Assembly (NCBI GenBank): GCA_965277715.1
Contig: OZ255836.1
Location: 4,230,797-4,294,796 of the forward strand
DNA: 64,000 nt
Reading direction: 5' to 3'
From: Gammaproteobacteria bacterium
GTDB lineage: Bacteria; Pseudomonadota; Gammaproteobacteria; JBCCGL01
In this document: in pieces, positions 19,371-29,321 of the stretch
How the letters are laid out: every line of letters starts with the position of its first letter
How positions within the stretch are numbered: the stretch's first letter is position 1
Made by a program: the position numbers and the translations under genes
The notes under the pieces: model-generated
The model's input: the letters and a program-made list of their open reading frames with translations, nothing else
Told to the model about the DNA's origin: nothing
Database searches by the model: none

Positions 19371-20434
19371 GTGGCTCACAACTGTGGCAGACATTGTGTG
19401 AGGCAGGCTTAGTGTCGGGCGCGATGCCAGAGGCCGGTGATACCCATTCGCCTTGGTATATCGCCGTCTTAATGGCTATCCTGGGATGGCTTGCCGCCGT
19501 ATTTCTCCTTGGGTTCATCTTTGGGGGGTTGGGCATTCTCGAAAACCCGGTGGCCTTGTTCATCGTTGGTAGCCTGATGATCGGTGGCGCTTACCTGTTG
19601 TTGCGAAATAATCAGGCTGTCTTTGCCGAATACTTTTCTTTGACTGTCAGCCTGGCCGGGCAGGTATTAGTACTATGGGGGCTCTTCCTGTCGAACGATG
19701 CTGAAACATACCTCTTCTGGTTCACGATGATGACACTACATAGTGCACTGGCCTTTTTTATGCCGGGGGCTGTGCACCGGGTGTTTTCGGCTTATTTCGC
19801 CTGTATTGCTTTTATCGCGCTCTTAACTCTCTCGGGTGCGCAGCATCTTGGTGCCGGGCTGATACTGGGTTGTGTTGTATGGCTATGGTTAGCCGAATTT
19901 CGTTACGTCAAATACATGCCACAAATTCGTAGTGTGGGGTACGGATTGGTATTGGCATTACTCACTATCAAAGGCTTGTTGCTCGTACCATTCTTCAGTG
20001 ATATCTGGTGGAGTGACAGTCCCCAGCCCGATATCTGGGTTCAGCCCTGGGCGGGGCAACTACTATCTGGTCTTGTTTTAGTTTATCTGGCCTGGCAGTT
20101 GCTGCATCGGCAGCATTGCGCGCCTGACAACAACCCGACGCCCCGAACCCTGGTTGCCGGATTGGGTGCTGCCGTTATTATTGCCGCTGCCTCATTTGAG
20201 GCAGCCGGTATTATTGTCGGTATCGTTATATTGCTACTTGGTTTTGTCGGCAGTAATCGAGTGCTTTTTGGTCTGGGTGGTGCCTCATTATTATTTTACA
20301 TTTCGGCCTACTACTACCTGCTCGACAACACATTGTTGGTTAAATCAATGTCGTTGCTATCGCTTGCTATTGTGTTATTTGGTTGCCGGTTTTGTCTGAA
20401 CCGATTGGTAAAGGAGAGGCCTGTCGATGCGTAG
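19367..20434 (+). CDS. DUF4401-family membrane protein
   Basis: SPWYIAVL and YYYLLDNTLLVKS motifs; ATG 19367 overlaps the upstream stop (ATGA). Confidence 0.78.
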   Translation: MSGSQLWQTLCEAGLVSGAMPEAGDTHSPWYIAVLMAILGWLAAVFLLGFIFGGLGILENPVALFIVGSLMIGGAYLLLRNNQAVFAEYFSLTVSLAGQVLVLWGLFLSNDAETYLFWFTMMTLHSALAFFMPGAVHRVFSAYFACIAFIALLTLSGAQHLGAGLILGCVVWLWLAEFRYVKYMPQIRSVGYGLVLALLTIKGLLLVPFFSDIWWSDSPQPDIWVQPWAGQLLSGLVLVYLAWQLLHRQHCAPDNNPTPRTLVAGLGAAVIIAAASFEAAGIIVGIVILLLGFVGSNRVLFGLGGASLLFYISAYYYLLDNTLLVKSMSLLSLAIVLFGCRFCLNRLVKERPVDA

Positions 20435-20960
20435 AAATTTAGCATTGCTCTCGATGGTGGTGATTCTGGCTGGCATTAACGGATCGATCTGGAATAAAGA
20501 AAAGCACCTCGCGATGGGTGATATTGTTTATCTCGATCTAGTGCCGGTTGATCCGCGCTCATTAATGCAGGGCGATTATATGGCCTTGCGTTTTCGCATC
20601 GGCGAGGAGGTTTATCAGGCCTTGCCAAAAAGTGAGGAATATAAGCGTTGGCGTCATAATGCCGACGCTGAAGATGGCTATGTCGTCGTCGCGCTGGATG
20701 ATAGAAGCATCGCCCGGTTTAAACGGTTGTACAGCGAGGGCGAACCGCTAGCTGAAAACGAATTGCGATTGCGTTATCGGGTTCGCAATGGTGCGGTCAA
20801 GTTCGCGACCAATGCGTTTTTCTTTGAAGAGGGTCAGGGTGAGGTGTATCAGCCTGCTCGCTATGGTCAATTTCGAGCCGATGAATCGGGTGAGCTGTTA
20901 CTGGTTGCGATGTACGATAAGGATCTGCTTAAGCTTGAAGCCAATGGGGAAGGTTCGTAA
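20427..20960 (+). CDS. GDYXXLXY domain protein
   Basis: LVPVDPRSLMQGDYMALRF and NAFFFEEG. Confidence 0.88.
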   Translation: MRRNLALLSMVVILAGINGSIWNKEKHLAMGDIVYLDLVPVDPRSLMQGDYMALRFRIGEEVYQALPKSEEYKRWRHNADAEDGYVVVALDDRSIARFKRLYSEGEPLAENELRLRYRVRNGAVKFATNAFFFEEGQGEVYQPARYGQFRADESGELLLVAMYDKDLLKLEANGEGS

Positions 20961-20962
20961 CC

Positions 20963-21685
20963 TTATTGGGGTAGCTTTTCCTGAGCTGAAGTTTCCCTTG
21001 CATCGAATTCGGCGATTCTCTCATCGCCGCACTTTCCCACTACCTCGTGCAGCTTTTTTACATAAGGCATTAACACAGCCAATTGTTCACGGGTGATTTT
21101 ATAACGCCGATCATAGCGTGCGCCGATATAGGCGTAGTCCAATAACTCAAATAATGTTCTTTGTGCGTCGGTTTCGCGGGGTAGCACACCGATAAGATCA
21201 GGGCAGTAGTCTGCGGCTAAATCCTCCAGAATATCGAGGTGGTGTTCTTGCGGGCTTTCAGCGGCGAAGATCAGCAAAATGGTTTTATAGGCGTGTTCGC
21301 ATGCCTGGTGTAATTCAAATGCAGCCAGCTTGTAACTCTCCCGGTCAAAGTTTGTATTGCTGCTGATAAAAAACTCTTTGGCAAATACAAACACTTCATC
21401 CAGATCGGCCTGGATAAGCCGCTTCTCCTGCGCAGGGGCTCGCACTCGATTTTGATCAAATTCCAGATTGCCGCTGTCATACAGCGATATGCCCTGCTGT
21501 ATGATTTCGGTAAAAAAATATTGCCCCTGGCGGAGCTTGTAATTGATGAAGTCAATATCTCGGGCAAGAATGCGCACGTAGGCGCTGACGTTTAACCCCG
21601 CGCAGGCGTCTTTGATTGTGTCCCAAAGTGCGATATTTGTCGCGATATACTCGTGGCGGGTAACGGCAAGGATGTCGTAGTCGCT
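20963..21685 (-). pseudogene. Frameshifted and 5'-truncated MNT-HEPN fusion gene
   Basis: The HEPN part (AAFELHQACEHAYK, EHHLDIL, AYIGARYD) is intact in 20963-~21596. The nucleotidyltransferase motif SDYDILAV lies upstream in another frame (starting 21685). No GSxARG motif was seen. Confidence 0.72.
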
Positions 21686-21825
21686 CCTTTGTAGACATTG
21701 GGGCTTTTATATCGGGTACTTTGCAGGGAATGGTGGCAGGCAAGCCGGTGTTACAGGTAATATGCTGCCCGTGCCAGGCCGTGCAGCGGCTTAGGTTAAA
21801 AACCCAAAAAAACCTGGAGGAAGCA

Positions 21826-22965
21826 ATGAAAAAAATCTTATCTGGTATCGCCGCAGCCGGGCTGGCGATGTGTGTGTCGACAGCCTCGATGGCGACGGTG
21901 AAAATTGGCATGATTACCACGCTGTCCGGCGGTGGTTCCGGGCTGGGCATCGATGTGCGCGATGGCTTTATGCTGGCGGTTTCGCAGTCGGGCCGCGACG
22001 ATATTGAGGTGTTGATTGAAGACGATACCCGCAAGCCCGATGTCGCTAAGAAAATCGCCAATAAGTTTATCCAAAAAGATAAGGTGCAAATTCTCACGGG
22101 TATTATCTGGTCTAACCTGGCGATGGCCGTGGTGCCCGCCGCCGTGCGCGAGGGGGTGTTTTACCTCAGTCCCAACGCGGGCCCTTCGCAGTTAGCGGGC
22201 AAGGGTTGCCATGAAAATTACTTCAACGTCGCCTGGCAGAATGACAATCTGCACGAGGCGATGGGCGGTTATGCCAGTGAGAGCGCCTACAAAAATACGT
22301 TTATTCTGGCGCCAAATTACCCGGCGGGAAAAGACGCCCTGACCGGCTATAAACGTTTCTATAAGGGCGCGATTGCCGGTGAGATCTATACCAAGCTGGG
22401 GCAAAAGGATTACGCCGCCGAGATTGCCCAGGTGCGTGCGGCAAACCCGGATTCGATTTTCTTTTTTCTGCCGGGCGGTATGGGTATTTCGTTTATGAAA
22501 CAGCTCGCCCAGTCCGGTATCGATGTGCCGGTACTCGGCCCGGCTTTTTCCTTTGATCAGGGCATTTTAAAGGCGGTGGGTGATGCGGCGCTGGGGGTTA
22601 AGAATGCCTCGCAGTGGAATAAGGATATCGATAACAGTGCGAATAAAGCCTTTGTCGACAGCTTTCAAAAAGAATATGGCCGTCTGCCGTCGCTGTATGC
22701 CTCGCAGGGGTATGACACCGCCCGCTTGATTCTCGCCGCGCTGGATAAAGCCAGTGTCGACGATGCCGCCGGTTTTCGTGACGCGCTGAAAGCGGCTGAT
22801 TTTGACTCGGTGCGCGGTAAGTTTTCATTCGCTAAAAACAACCACCCGATTCAGGATATTTATGTGCGCGAGGTGGTCAGGGAGGGCGATGTATTGACCA
22901 ATAAGATTATCAGTGTGGGCCTCAAAGACCACGCCAATGCGTATGTGGATGACTGCACTTTATAA
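21826..22965 (+). CDS. Branched-chain amino acid/aromatic acid ABC transporter substrate-binding protein
   Basis: Signal peptide after a GGAGG RBS; VKIGMITTLSG, NAGPSQLAG, APNYPAGKD. Confidence 0.9.
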   Translation: MKKILSGIAAAGLAMCVSTASMATVKIGMITTLSGGGSGLGIDVRDGFMLAVSQSGRDDIEVLIEDDTRKPDVAKKIANKFIQKDKVQILTGIIWSNLAMAVVPAAVREGVFYLSPNAGPSQLAGKGCHENYFNVAWQNDNLHEAMGGYASESAYKNTFILAPNYPAGKDALTGYKRFYKGAIAGEIYTKLGQKDYAAEIAQVRAANPDSIFFFLPGGMGISFMKQLAQSGIDVPVLGPAFSFDQGILKAVGDAALGVKNASQWNKDIDNSANKAFVDSFQKEYGRLPSLYASQGYDTARLILAALDKASVDDAAGFRDALKAADFDSVRGKFSFAKNNHPIQDIYVREVVREGDVLTNKIISVGLKDHANAYVDDCTL

Positions 22966-23007
22966 ACCGCTTTTTCCGGGTTGCAGATCTGCAACCCGGA
23001 CGCTTCA

Positions 23008-23934
23008 ATGACCTTTGCGCTTTTTCTTGAGCAGCTATTAAACGGCCTACAGCTCGGCATTATGTTGTTTTTGACGGCGGCCGGGTTGACCCTGGTTTTT
23101 GGGGTGATGGGGCTGATTAATCTGGCGCACGGTTCGCTGTATATGACCGGCGCGTTTTTTTGTGCCTGGGTGTCTCAGGTTTCCGGTTCGTTCTGGCTGG
23201 GGCTGGTGGCCGGTTTGCTGTGTGCCGCCGCTGCCGGTGCGCTGATTGAGGTGTTGGTTGTGCGCACCCTGTATGACCGTGGGCACCTCGACCAGGTGTT
23301 GGCCACGTTTGCCTTGATTCTGATTTTCAGTGAAGGGGCCAGCCTGTTGTTTGGCGCCCGGCCACTTTACCTGGATATACCCGCGCTGCTCTCCGGTGCT
23401 GTGGCGTTGCCAGGGGGTGGTCAGTACCCGGTTTATCGCCTGGCGATTATCGCTATTGGCCTGCTGTTGGCGGTGGCTTTGTATTATCTGATTACACAAA
23501 CCCGGCTCGGGATGCGTATCCGGGCGGGGGAGTCTGATCGGGAGATGATCGGGGCGCTCGGCGTGAATATCAAAAATCTGTACACCTTGGTCTTTGCTCT
23601 GGGGGCCGGGCTTGCCGGTGTCGCCGGAGGGCTGGTGGGGGCGATTCAGTCGGTGCAGGTGGGTATGGGGGAGCCTGTGCTGATTTTGTCATTTGTGGTG
23701 ATTGTTATCGGTGGTATTGGCTCGATTAAGGGCGCCCTGGTCGGCGCGGTGCTGGTCGGCGTTGTCGATACCATGGGCCGGGTGTTTTTGCCGGGGTTTT
23801 TCAAGTTGTTCTTACCCGCAGCCGAGGCCACGGCAATTGGCAGCTCGTTGTCGTCGGTGGCGATTTACGTGCTGATGGCGGGGGTGTTGCTATGGCGGCC
23901 AAAGGGTTTGTTTCCCGCTAACGGGCACCACTGA
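23008..23934 (+). CDS. Branched-chain ABC transporter permease (LivH-like)
   Basis: GLTLVFGVMGLINLAHG, TRLGMRIRA, GGIGSIKG, RPKGLF. Confidence 0.9.
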   Translation: MTFALFLEQLLNGLQLGIMLFLTAAGLTLVFGVMGLINLAHGSLYMTGAFFCAWVSQVSGSFWLGLVAGLLCAAAAGALIEVLVVRTLYDRGHLDQVLATFALILIFSEGASLLFGARPLYLDIPALLSGAVALPGGGQYPVYRLAIIAIGLLLAVALYYLITQTRLGMRIRAGESDREMIGALGVNIKNLYTLVFALGAGLAGVAGGLVGAIQSVQVGMGEPVLILSFVVIVIGGIGSIKGALVGAVLVGVVDTMGRVFLPGFFKLFLPAAEATAIGSSLSSVAIYVLMAGVLLWRPKGLFPANGHH

Positions 23935-23935
23935 A

Positions 23936-24991
23936 ATGAGCAGTCAACGACCAGAGCAGTGGATCAACGGTGTACTGTTTGGTCTGTTGGTCGCCTGCCC
24001 GTTGCTGGCCAGCGCTTTGGATGAAGCGTTTTATATTTCCCTGACTACGCAAATTGTTGTACTGGCGATGGCCGGTGTGGGGCTTAATCTGGCGCTCGGT
24101 GTGGGGGGGATGGTCAGCTTTGGGCACGCGGCTTTTTTTGGTCTCGGTGGTTATGTGGCGGGTATTTTCGCCTACCATGCGTTTGAGTCCTCGCTGTTGT
24201 TTAGCTGGCCGTTTGCCGTTGCGGGCAGCGATCAGTTGTTGTTGATCTGGCCGGTGGCGCTGTTGGTGAGTGCTGTGGTTGCGCTGTTTATCGGTGCTTT
24301 GTCGCTGCGCACGGCGGGGGTGTACTTTATTATGATTACCCTCGCTTTTGCACAAATGATCTATTACCTGGCGGTGTCTGTGCCCACCTATGGCGGTGAG
24401 GATGGTTTGTCGATTTACCTGCGCAATCAATTGCCTTTGGTGGATACGGGTAACCCGCTGGTGTTTTGTTTTATCTGTATTGCGCTGTTGTTTTTGGTTT
24501 TGCATATTTTCTGGCGTATTAACGGCTCGCGTTTTGGGGTGGCCTTGCAGGCATCGCACAGCAATTCGGTACGGCTCGCCACGGTCGGTATCGCGCCCTT
24601 TAGGGTGCAGCTAACGGCCTTTGTTATCTCCGCGATGATGACCGGCTTGGCGGGGGCTTTGTATGCGGATTTAAATGGTTTTGTCGGGCCATCGATGTTG
24701 TCCTGGCAGCGCTCCGGGGAGATTATGGTGATCGTGATTCTCGGTGGCGTGGGGCGGCTCGCCGGGCCGCTTGTGGGGGCTGTTGTGTTAGTTCTGTTGG
24801 AGACTTTTTTGGGTGAGTGGACGGCACACTGGCAAATCTTCCTCGGCTTTGCATTGCTGGGTATTGTGCTGTACGCCAGAGGTGGGGTGATGGGTTTGTT
24901 GTTGTCGGTTATCTCCCGCGTGGCGCATCGGCTGGCGAATGGCGGGCCGAATCGTCGGGGTACAACTCTCTCAGAGAATCGGCATGGATAA
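23936..24991 (+). CDS. Branched-chain ABC transporter permease (LivM-like)
   Basis: GMVSFGHAAFFGLGGY, GVYFIMITLAFAQ, GGEDG. Confidence 0.9.
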   Translation: MSSQRPEQWINGVLFGLLVACPLLASALDEAFYISLTTQIVVLAMAGVGLNLALGVGGMVSFGHAAFFGLGGYVAGIFAYHAFESSLLFSWPFAVAGSDQLLLIWPVALLVSAVVALFIGALSLRTAGVYFIMITLAFAQMIYYLAVSVPTYGGEDGLSIYLRNQLPLVDTGNPLVFCFICIALLFLVLHIFWRINGSRFGVALQASHSNSVRLATVGIAPFRVQLTAFVISAMMTGLAGALYADLNGFVGPSMLSWQRSGEIMVIVILGGVGRLAGPLVGAVVLVLLETFLGEWTAHWQIFLGFALLGIVLYARGGVMGLLLSVISRVAHRLANGGPNRRGTTLSENRHG

Positions 24992-25006
24992 GCCACGCTT
25001 AGGTGT

Positions 25007-25864
25007 TTGCGCCGGTCTGGCCCGGCGGTCGTTTTCCCCTGCACGCAAAGGCGAAAGGGTGCGGTTTTGGTAGCGAAAGAACGTGGCAATAGCCTCTGGG
25101 ATAAACCAGTGGAAGTGGCTGAACCACGCTTGCGGCTCGATGGGGTGAGTAAGTCATTTGGGGCGATTCGTGCCACAGATGATGTGTCGTTGGCTTTTGC
25201 GGATAATCGCATCCATGCACTGATTGGTCCCAATGGTGCGGGCAAGTCCACGCTGATTCAGCAAATAGCGGGGTGGCTGAGGCCGGATGCCGGTCGCATT
25301 GTGTTTGGTGGTGAGGATATTACTGCGTTGTCTGTTGCCGGGCGGGTGAAAAAAGGCTTGGCGCGCACGTTTCAGGTGTCATCGCTGGTGCAGGATTTTA
25401 CGGTGCTTGGCAATGTGCGCCTGGCGATTATGGCCAGGCAGGGCAGTTGTTACCGGTTCTGGAAGCCGGTAAAGCATGACAGTGTGTTTATTCAGCAGTC
25501 GATGGCGGTATTGGCGCGTGTCGGTCTGGACGCCCGTGCGAAGGTGTTGACGCGGGCGTTGTCACACGGTGAGCGCCGACAGCTTGAGCTTGCCTGTGCG
25601 CTGGCGCTGGAACCCAAGGTGTTGTTGCTCGATGAGCCGATGGCGGGGCTGGGTTTGGATGGCTCGAAGCGCATGACGGGTCTGCTCGACAGTCTGCGCG
25701 ATGAGGTGTCGATTGTATTGGTCGAGCATGATATGGATGCTGTGTTTGCTTTGGCAGATGATATTTCGGTGTTGGTGTATGGGGGGGTGGTTGCTACAGG
25801 TTCGCCTGATGTTATTCGTACTTCGCGGGTTGTGCGGGGGGCTTATTTGGGCGGAGAGGGGTAG
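25007..25864 (+). CDS. Branched-chain ABC transporter ATP-binding protein (LivG-like)
   Basis: GPNGAGKST, LSHGERRQLE, LLDEPMAG, AYLG. The true start is probably a GTG near 25109-25116. Confidence 0.88.
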   Translation: MRRSGPAVVFPCTQRRKGAVLVAKERGNSLWDKPVEVAEPRLRLDGVSKSFGAIRATDDVSLAFADNRIHALIGPNGAGKSTLIQQIAGWLRPDAGRIVFGGEDITALSVAGRVKKGLARTFQVSSLVQDFTVLGNVRLAIMARQGSCYRFWKPVKHDSVFIQQSMAVLARVGLDARAKVLTRALSHGERRQLELACALALEPKVLLLDEPMAGLGLDGSKRMTGLLDSLRDEVSIVLVEHDMDAVFALADDISVLVYGGVVATGSPDVIRTSRVVRGAYLGGEG

Positions 25865-25893
25865 CTAGTGTCCTGTCAATTCTGGATGGGTAC

Positions 25894-26150
25894 GGGGTTA
25901 GTGGGTTTCGCTCGTGGTGTTTCAGTGTTTTTTCTTTACTCTTTACAGAGCGAAGCTACCGCTTCTCGGTAACTGCTCCTGCGTTACTCTATCTCCTGTA
26001 TCCATACAGTCGTCGGCAACTGCTCCTGCGTTGCTCTATCTCCTGTATCCATACAGTCGCCGGCAACTGCTCCTTGTGGAAAGCAGCCCGATCGATCGCA
26101 ATAATCGATGGCCATTGCACCCTATCGATTTCCCAGAGATTGATAAAAGC
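25894..26150. repeat. Stack of REP-like repeats, including a 47-bp tandem unit x2.3 (family E)
   Basis: 25894-25953 matches the reverse complement of 3660-3722. The unit CGGYAACTGCTCCTGCGTTRCTCTATCTCCTGTATCCATACAGTCGY occurs at 25967-26013 and 26014-26060, with a partial copy to 26074. A related single copy lies at about 60130-60236. Confidence 0.8.
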
Positions 26151-26157
26151 CAGCTAA

Positions 26158-26295
26158 GGAACGTGCGCGAAATAAATTCCATTTTTATAACGTTATTTAA
26201 ATAACACACTGTGTTTTAATAACGCGTTCAACCAACTCAGATATAAGGTAAATCGGTGTATTTACGAGCCCCGGAATTTATTTTGTGCACGTTCT
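26158..26295. mobile_element. MITE family B (138 bp), inverted relative to 3053-3190
   Basis: TAA|GGAACGTGCGCGAAATAAATTCC ... GGAATTTATTTTGTGCACGTTCT|TTA; same length as the 3053 copy. Confidence 0.8.
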
Positions 26296-26345
26296 TTATC
26301 TGGGTGATTTTGTACACTCATTAACCTAGAGTTGGAGAAGTACTT

Positions 26346-27032
26346 GTGTTGCAGGTGCAAAATATCAGTGCTTGGTATGCCAGTTCGCAGGCTTTATTCG
26401 ATGTCAGCCTGGATATTGGCGAGGGGGAAATGGTGGCCCTGATGGGCCGTAATGGTATGGGTAAAACCACAACCATTCGCGCTATTTGCCGGTTGACGCC
26501 ACCCGCTACCGGTGGCGTTATACTGTGCAGTGAAAACCTCGCTGATTTGCCAGCGCACGCGGTGGCGCAGCGGGGTATCGGCCTGGTGCCAGAGGGGCGG
26601 CGGATTTTCCCCAATTTGTCGGTACAGGAAAATCTATTGGTCACTGCGCGTGATGGACGCTGGGATTTAGCTGCTGTATATGCATTTTTTCCACAGTTGG
26701 CGCAACGCAAACAGCAGTCGGGCGGAACGCTTTCAGGGGGAGAGCAACAAATGCTGGCGATTGGCCGGGCACTGATGACCAACCCAAAGCTATTAATTCT
26801 CGATGAAGCCACCGAGGGGCTGGCTCCGCTGGTGCGCCGGGAAATCTGGTCGGCGATTCACGCGCTCAAAGATCAGGGGCAATCGGCATTGATTGTCGAT
26901 AAAACCATCGATGAGTTACTGCCGGTGGTGAATCGCTGTTTTATTCTGGAAAAGGGTGTGAGCGTTTGGTCTGGCAGTGCAGTTGAGCTGGCGGCGCAAC
27001 CCGCCGTTAAAGACCGTTACCTGGGAGTGTAG
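26346..27032 (+). CDS. Branched-chain ABC transporter ATP-binding protein (LivF-like)
   Basis: GRNGMGKTT, VPEGRRIFPNLSV, LSGGEQQMLAIGRALM. Confidence 0.9.
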   Translation: MLQVQNISAWYASSQALFDVSLDIGEGEMVALMGRNGMGKTTTIRAICRLTPPATGGVILCSENLADLPAHAVAQRGIGLVPEGRRIFPNLSVQENLLVTARDGRWDLAAVYAFFPQLAQRKQQSGGTLSGGEQQMLAIGRALMTNPKLLILDEATEGLAPLVRREIWSAIHALKDQGQSALIVDKTIDELLPVVNRCFILEKGVSVWSGSAVELAAQPAVKDRYLGV

Positions 27033-27049
27033 ACATTAATAAGAAAACC

Positions 27050-27646
27050 TTGCGCAGGCAGTTGCAGGCGCTGGCCGATAAGGACGCGGATATCGCTACA
27101 GGCCTGGCGTTGGTGGGATACCCGGAACCCCGCGTTCGGCCAGAGGGAATGGAAACTTTCTTATCGATCGTCGTCGGCCAGCAGATTTCGACGGAAGCGG
27201 CGGCGGCCATTATGGGGCGGGTGCGGGTGTTGTTACCGGATATCACCGCCAGTGCATTATTGGCCCTACCAGATGACGCGCTGCGCATTGCGGGTCTGTC
27301 AAACCGAAAAGTGGAATACGCCTATGGTCTGGCCAATGCAATTGAAAGCGGTGCGTTACAACTGGATCAGTTTCACCAGCAGGACGATGCCTGTGTTATT
27401 GAACAAATCACGGCATTGCGTGGCTTTGGCCGCTGGAGTGCTGAAATTTATCTGATGTTCTCTCTGCAACGCGAGGATGTATTTCCCGCTGATGATCTGG
27501 CCTTGCAGGTCGCGCTGCAAAAGCTCAAGCGTATGCGTGCACGGCCCACACCGAAAAAGGCGCGTGAGAAAGTGGCTCGCTGGTCGCCGTATCGCAGTGT
27601 GGGGAGTTTATTTTTGTGGCATTACTACCGGGGGGCACCGGGCTAA
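27050..27646 (+). CDS. DNA-3-methyladenine glycosylase II (AlkA/HhH-GPD family)
   Basis: IVGQQIS, LRGFGRWSAEIYLMFSL, DVFPADDLAL, WSPYRS. Confidence 0.88.
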   Translation: MRRQLQALADKDADIATGLALVGYPEPRVRPEGMETFLSIVVGQQISTEAAAAIMGRVRVLLPDITASALLALPDDALRIAGLSNRKVEYAYGLANAIESGALQLDQFHQQDDACVIEQITALRGFGRWSAEIYLMFSLQREDVFPADDLALQVALQKLKRMRARPTPKKAREKVARWSPYRSVGSLFLWHYYRGAPG

Positions 27647-27894
27647 ACAATAGCTCTTACCCCAGGTCGAGCCTGACCCCAATACCGCTTTATTGACTAT
27701 GCCATGGGAAAAAGTATCAAGAAAAAGGAGCAGGGGAAATGTCATTATTCAGCACGCTAATAACGTCATTAACCGCCAATGATCTGTTACTGGCAGATCG
27801 TACTGTGCTTATGCTGTTTTAGCCTCTCTAGAATCGAAAGGGGTGGTAATATGCGCGCCACTTTACTTTATTTTCACGATGGTTAGACAAAGCA

Positions 27895-28584
27895 TTGAGC
27901 ACTGCAAAGAGTTTTAAACACGGTCTCTTGTCTTCCGGTAGTTACTTCCTGTCGACTTCTATTTTTGGTGTTCTGTTCGGTATCGCTGCCGTTTCTGCGG
28001 ATGTCTCAGATTGGCAGGCGTTACTTATGTCGGTATCTGTGTTCAGCGCGTCAGCACAATTTGTTTCACTCGAATTCTGGCAACAACCGCTACCAATTGC
28101 CACCATCGCACTGTCTGTCGCATTAGTTAGTGCGCGCAATCTATTACTCGGCATGTCGATGACCCATCATTTTGATGGTCATAGTATGAAACGCAGAGTG
28201 ATTTGTTTGTTTATTTTGAATGATCCCGGTGTTATTACATCATTTCAACTCGAACCCCCGGTTGATCGTCTTAGCTATGTGACCGGGTATGGCGTTGCGC
28301 TAATGACAGCCTGGTTATTATCAACCTGGACGGGTTTGCAACTGGCCGAATGGTTTGCCAGTACCGATCTGGGTTCATTAAGGTTCGCCGGGCCTCTGGT
28401 GATGGCAACGATGATGATGTTGTTTATAAAAGGGTCTACGTCGAGCCCGGTTCCATGGGTTGTGTCAGGGTTAGTTGCGCTAGCCCTATTTGAGGTTGCC
28501 GCGCCCAATTACGTTATTCTTTTGGGTTCGGTCGTGGTCGGTGTTATCGCTGCGGTTATACAGAGTAAACGCCGCAATGATTGA
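27895..28584 (+). CDS. AzlC-family branched-chain amino acid exporter
   Basis: FGVLFG, MSVSVFSASAQF, ARNLLLG motifs. Confidence 0.82.
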   Translation: MSTAKSFKHGLLSSGSYFLSTSIFGVLFGIAAVSADVSDWQALLMSVSVFSASAQFVSLEFWQQPLPIATIALSVALVSARNLLLGMSMTHHFDGHSMKRRVICLFILNDPGVITSFQLEPPVDRLSYVTGYGVALMTAWLLSTWTGLQLAEWFASTDLGSLRFAGPLVMATMMMLFIKGSTSSPVPWVVSGLVALALFEVAAPNYVILLGSVVVGVIAAVIQSKRRND

Positions 28585-28891
28585 TTCAAATAGTGTTTAT
28601 TTAACCATACTGGTGATGGCGTCAATCGTGTACGCCACGCGCCTCGGTGGGTATTTGATCGGATTACAGTTGCGGCATATTACCGGTATCAAACCTGTTC
28701 TTGAAGCTTTGCCCGGTTGTGCGTTTATGGCCATTCTTGCTCCTGCTGTGAGGCAGGGTAGTTGGGTAGAGGTACTGGCGATGGTTGCTGTCATTGGCAT
28801 TATGTGGAAAACCAATAATGTCTTTATTGCTACTTTGGCCGGTCTGTTGGTTTTATTATTTTGCGATAGTTTGTTGGTGAATATTTTATGA
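28577..28891 (+). CDS. AzlD-family membrane protein
   Basis: Small hydrophobic protein, YATRLGG...LEALPG; overlaps azlC. Confidence 0.78.
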   Translation: MIDSNSVYLTILVMASIVYATRLGGYLIGLQLRHITGIKPVLEALPGCAFMAILAPAVRQGSWVEVLAMVAVIGIMWKTNNVFIATLAGLLVLLFCDSLLVNIL

Positions 28892-28922
28892 CCATTGATA
28901 TTTTCCTGTTCTGGGAGAAGTT

Positions 28923-29321
28923 GTGCTCAACGGTGTAAATCACATTACACTTGCGGTAAGCGATTTGGATAGGTCGTTTTATTTTTATGTCTCGGTTTTA
29001 GGTATGAAGCCGGAGGTAAGGTGGGATACGGGTGCTTATTTATCCGCTGGGGATTTATGGTTTTGCCTTTCTCTCGGTGAGGTTTCGCCTGCCCGGGATT
29101 ACAGTCATATCTCTTTCGGCGTGCCTGAATCCTTATTTGATATTTATTGTTCTCAGTTGCTATCGGCTGAAGTAAAAATGTGGAAAGAAAATAGCAGTGA
29201 AGGTAAATCCCTTTATATTCTCGATCCAGATGGTCATCGATTGGAAATCCATGTTGGGAATCTTCAGAGTAGATTAGAAGAACTAAAAGTGAAACCTTAC
29301 AAAGGTTTAAAGTGGTACTAA
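28923..29321 (+). CDS. fosA: Fosfomycin resistance glutathione transferase (FosA-like, VOC family)
   Basis: GVNHITLAVSDL, WDTGAYLSAGDLWFCLS, DYSHISF, WKENSSEGKSLYILDPDGHRLEIHVGNLQSRL, PYKG. Confidence 0.85.
   Translation: MLNGVNHITLAVSDLDRSFYFYVSVLGMKPEVRWDTGAYLSAGDLWFCLSLGEVSPARDYSHISFGVPESLFDIYCSQLLSAEVKMWKENSSEGKSLYILDPDGHRLEIHVGNLQSRLEELKVKPYKGLKWY

Noticed and set aside
25967-26074. Possible mini-CRISPR from 47-bp repeats
   Set aside because: The units are directly tandem without unique spacers; a dispersed copy at about 60170 indicates a REP-like repeat.
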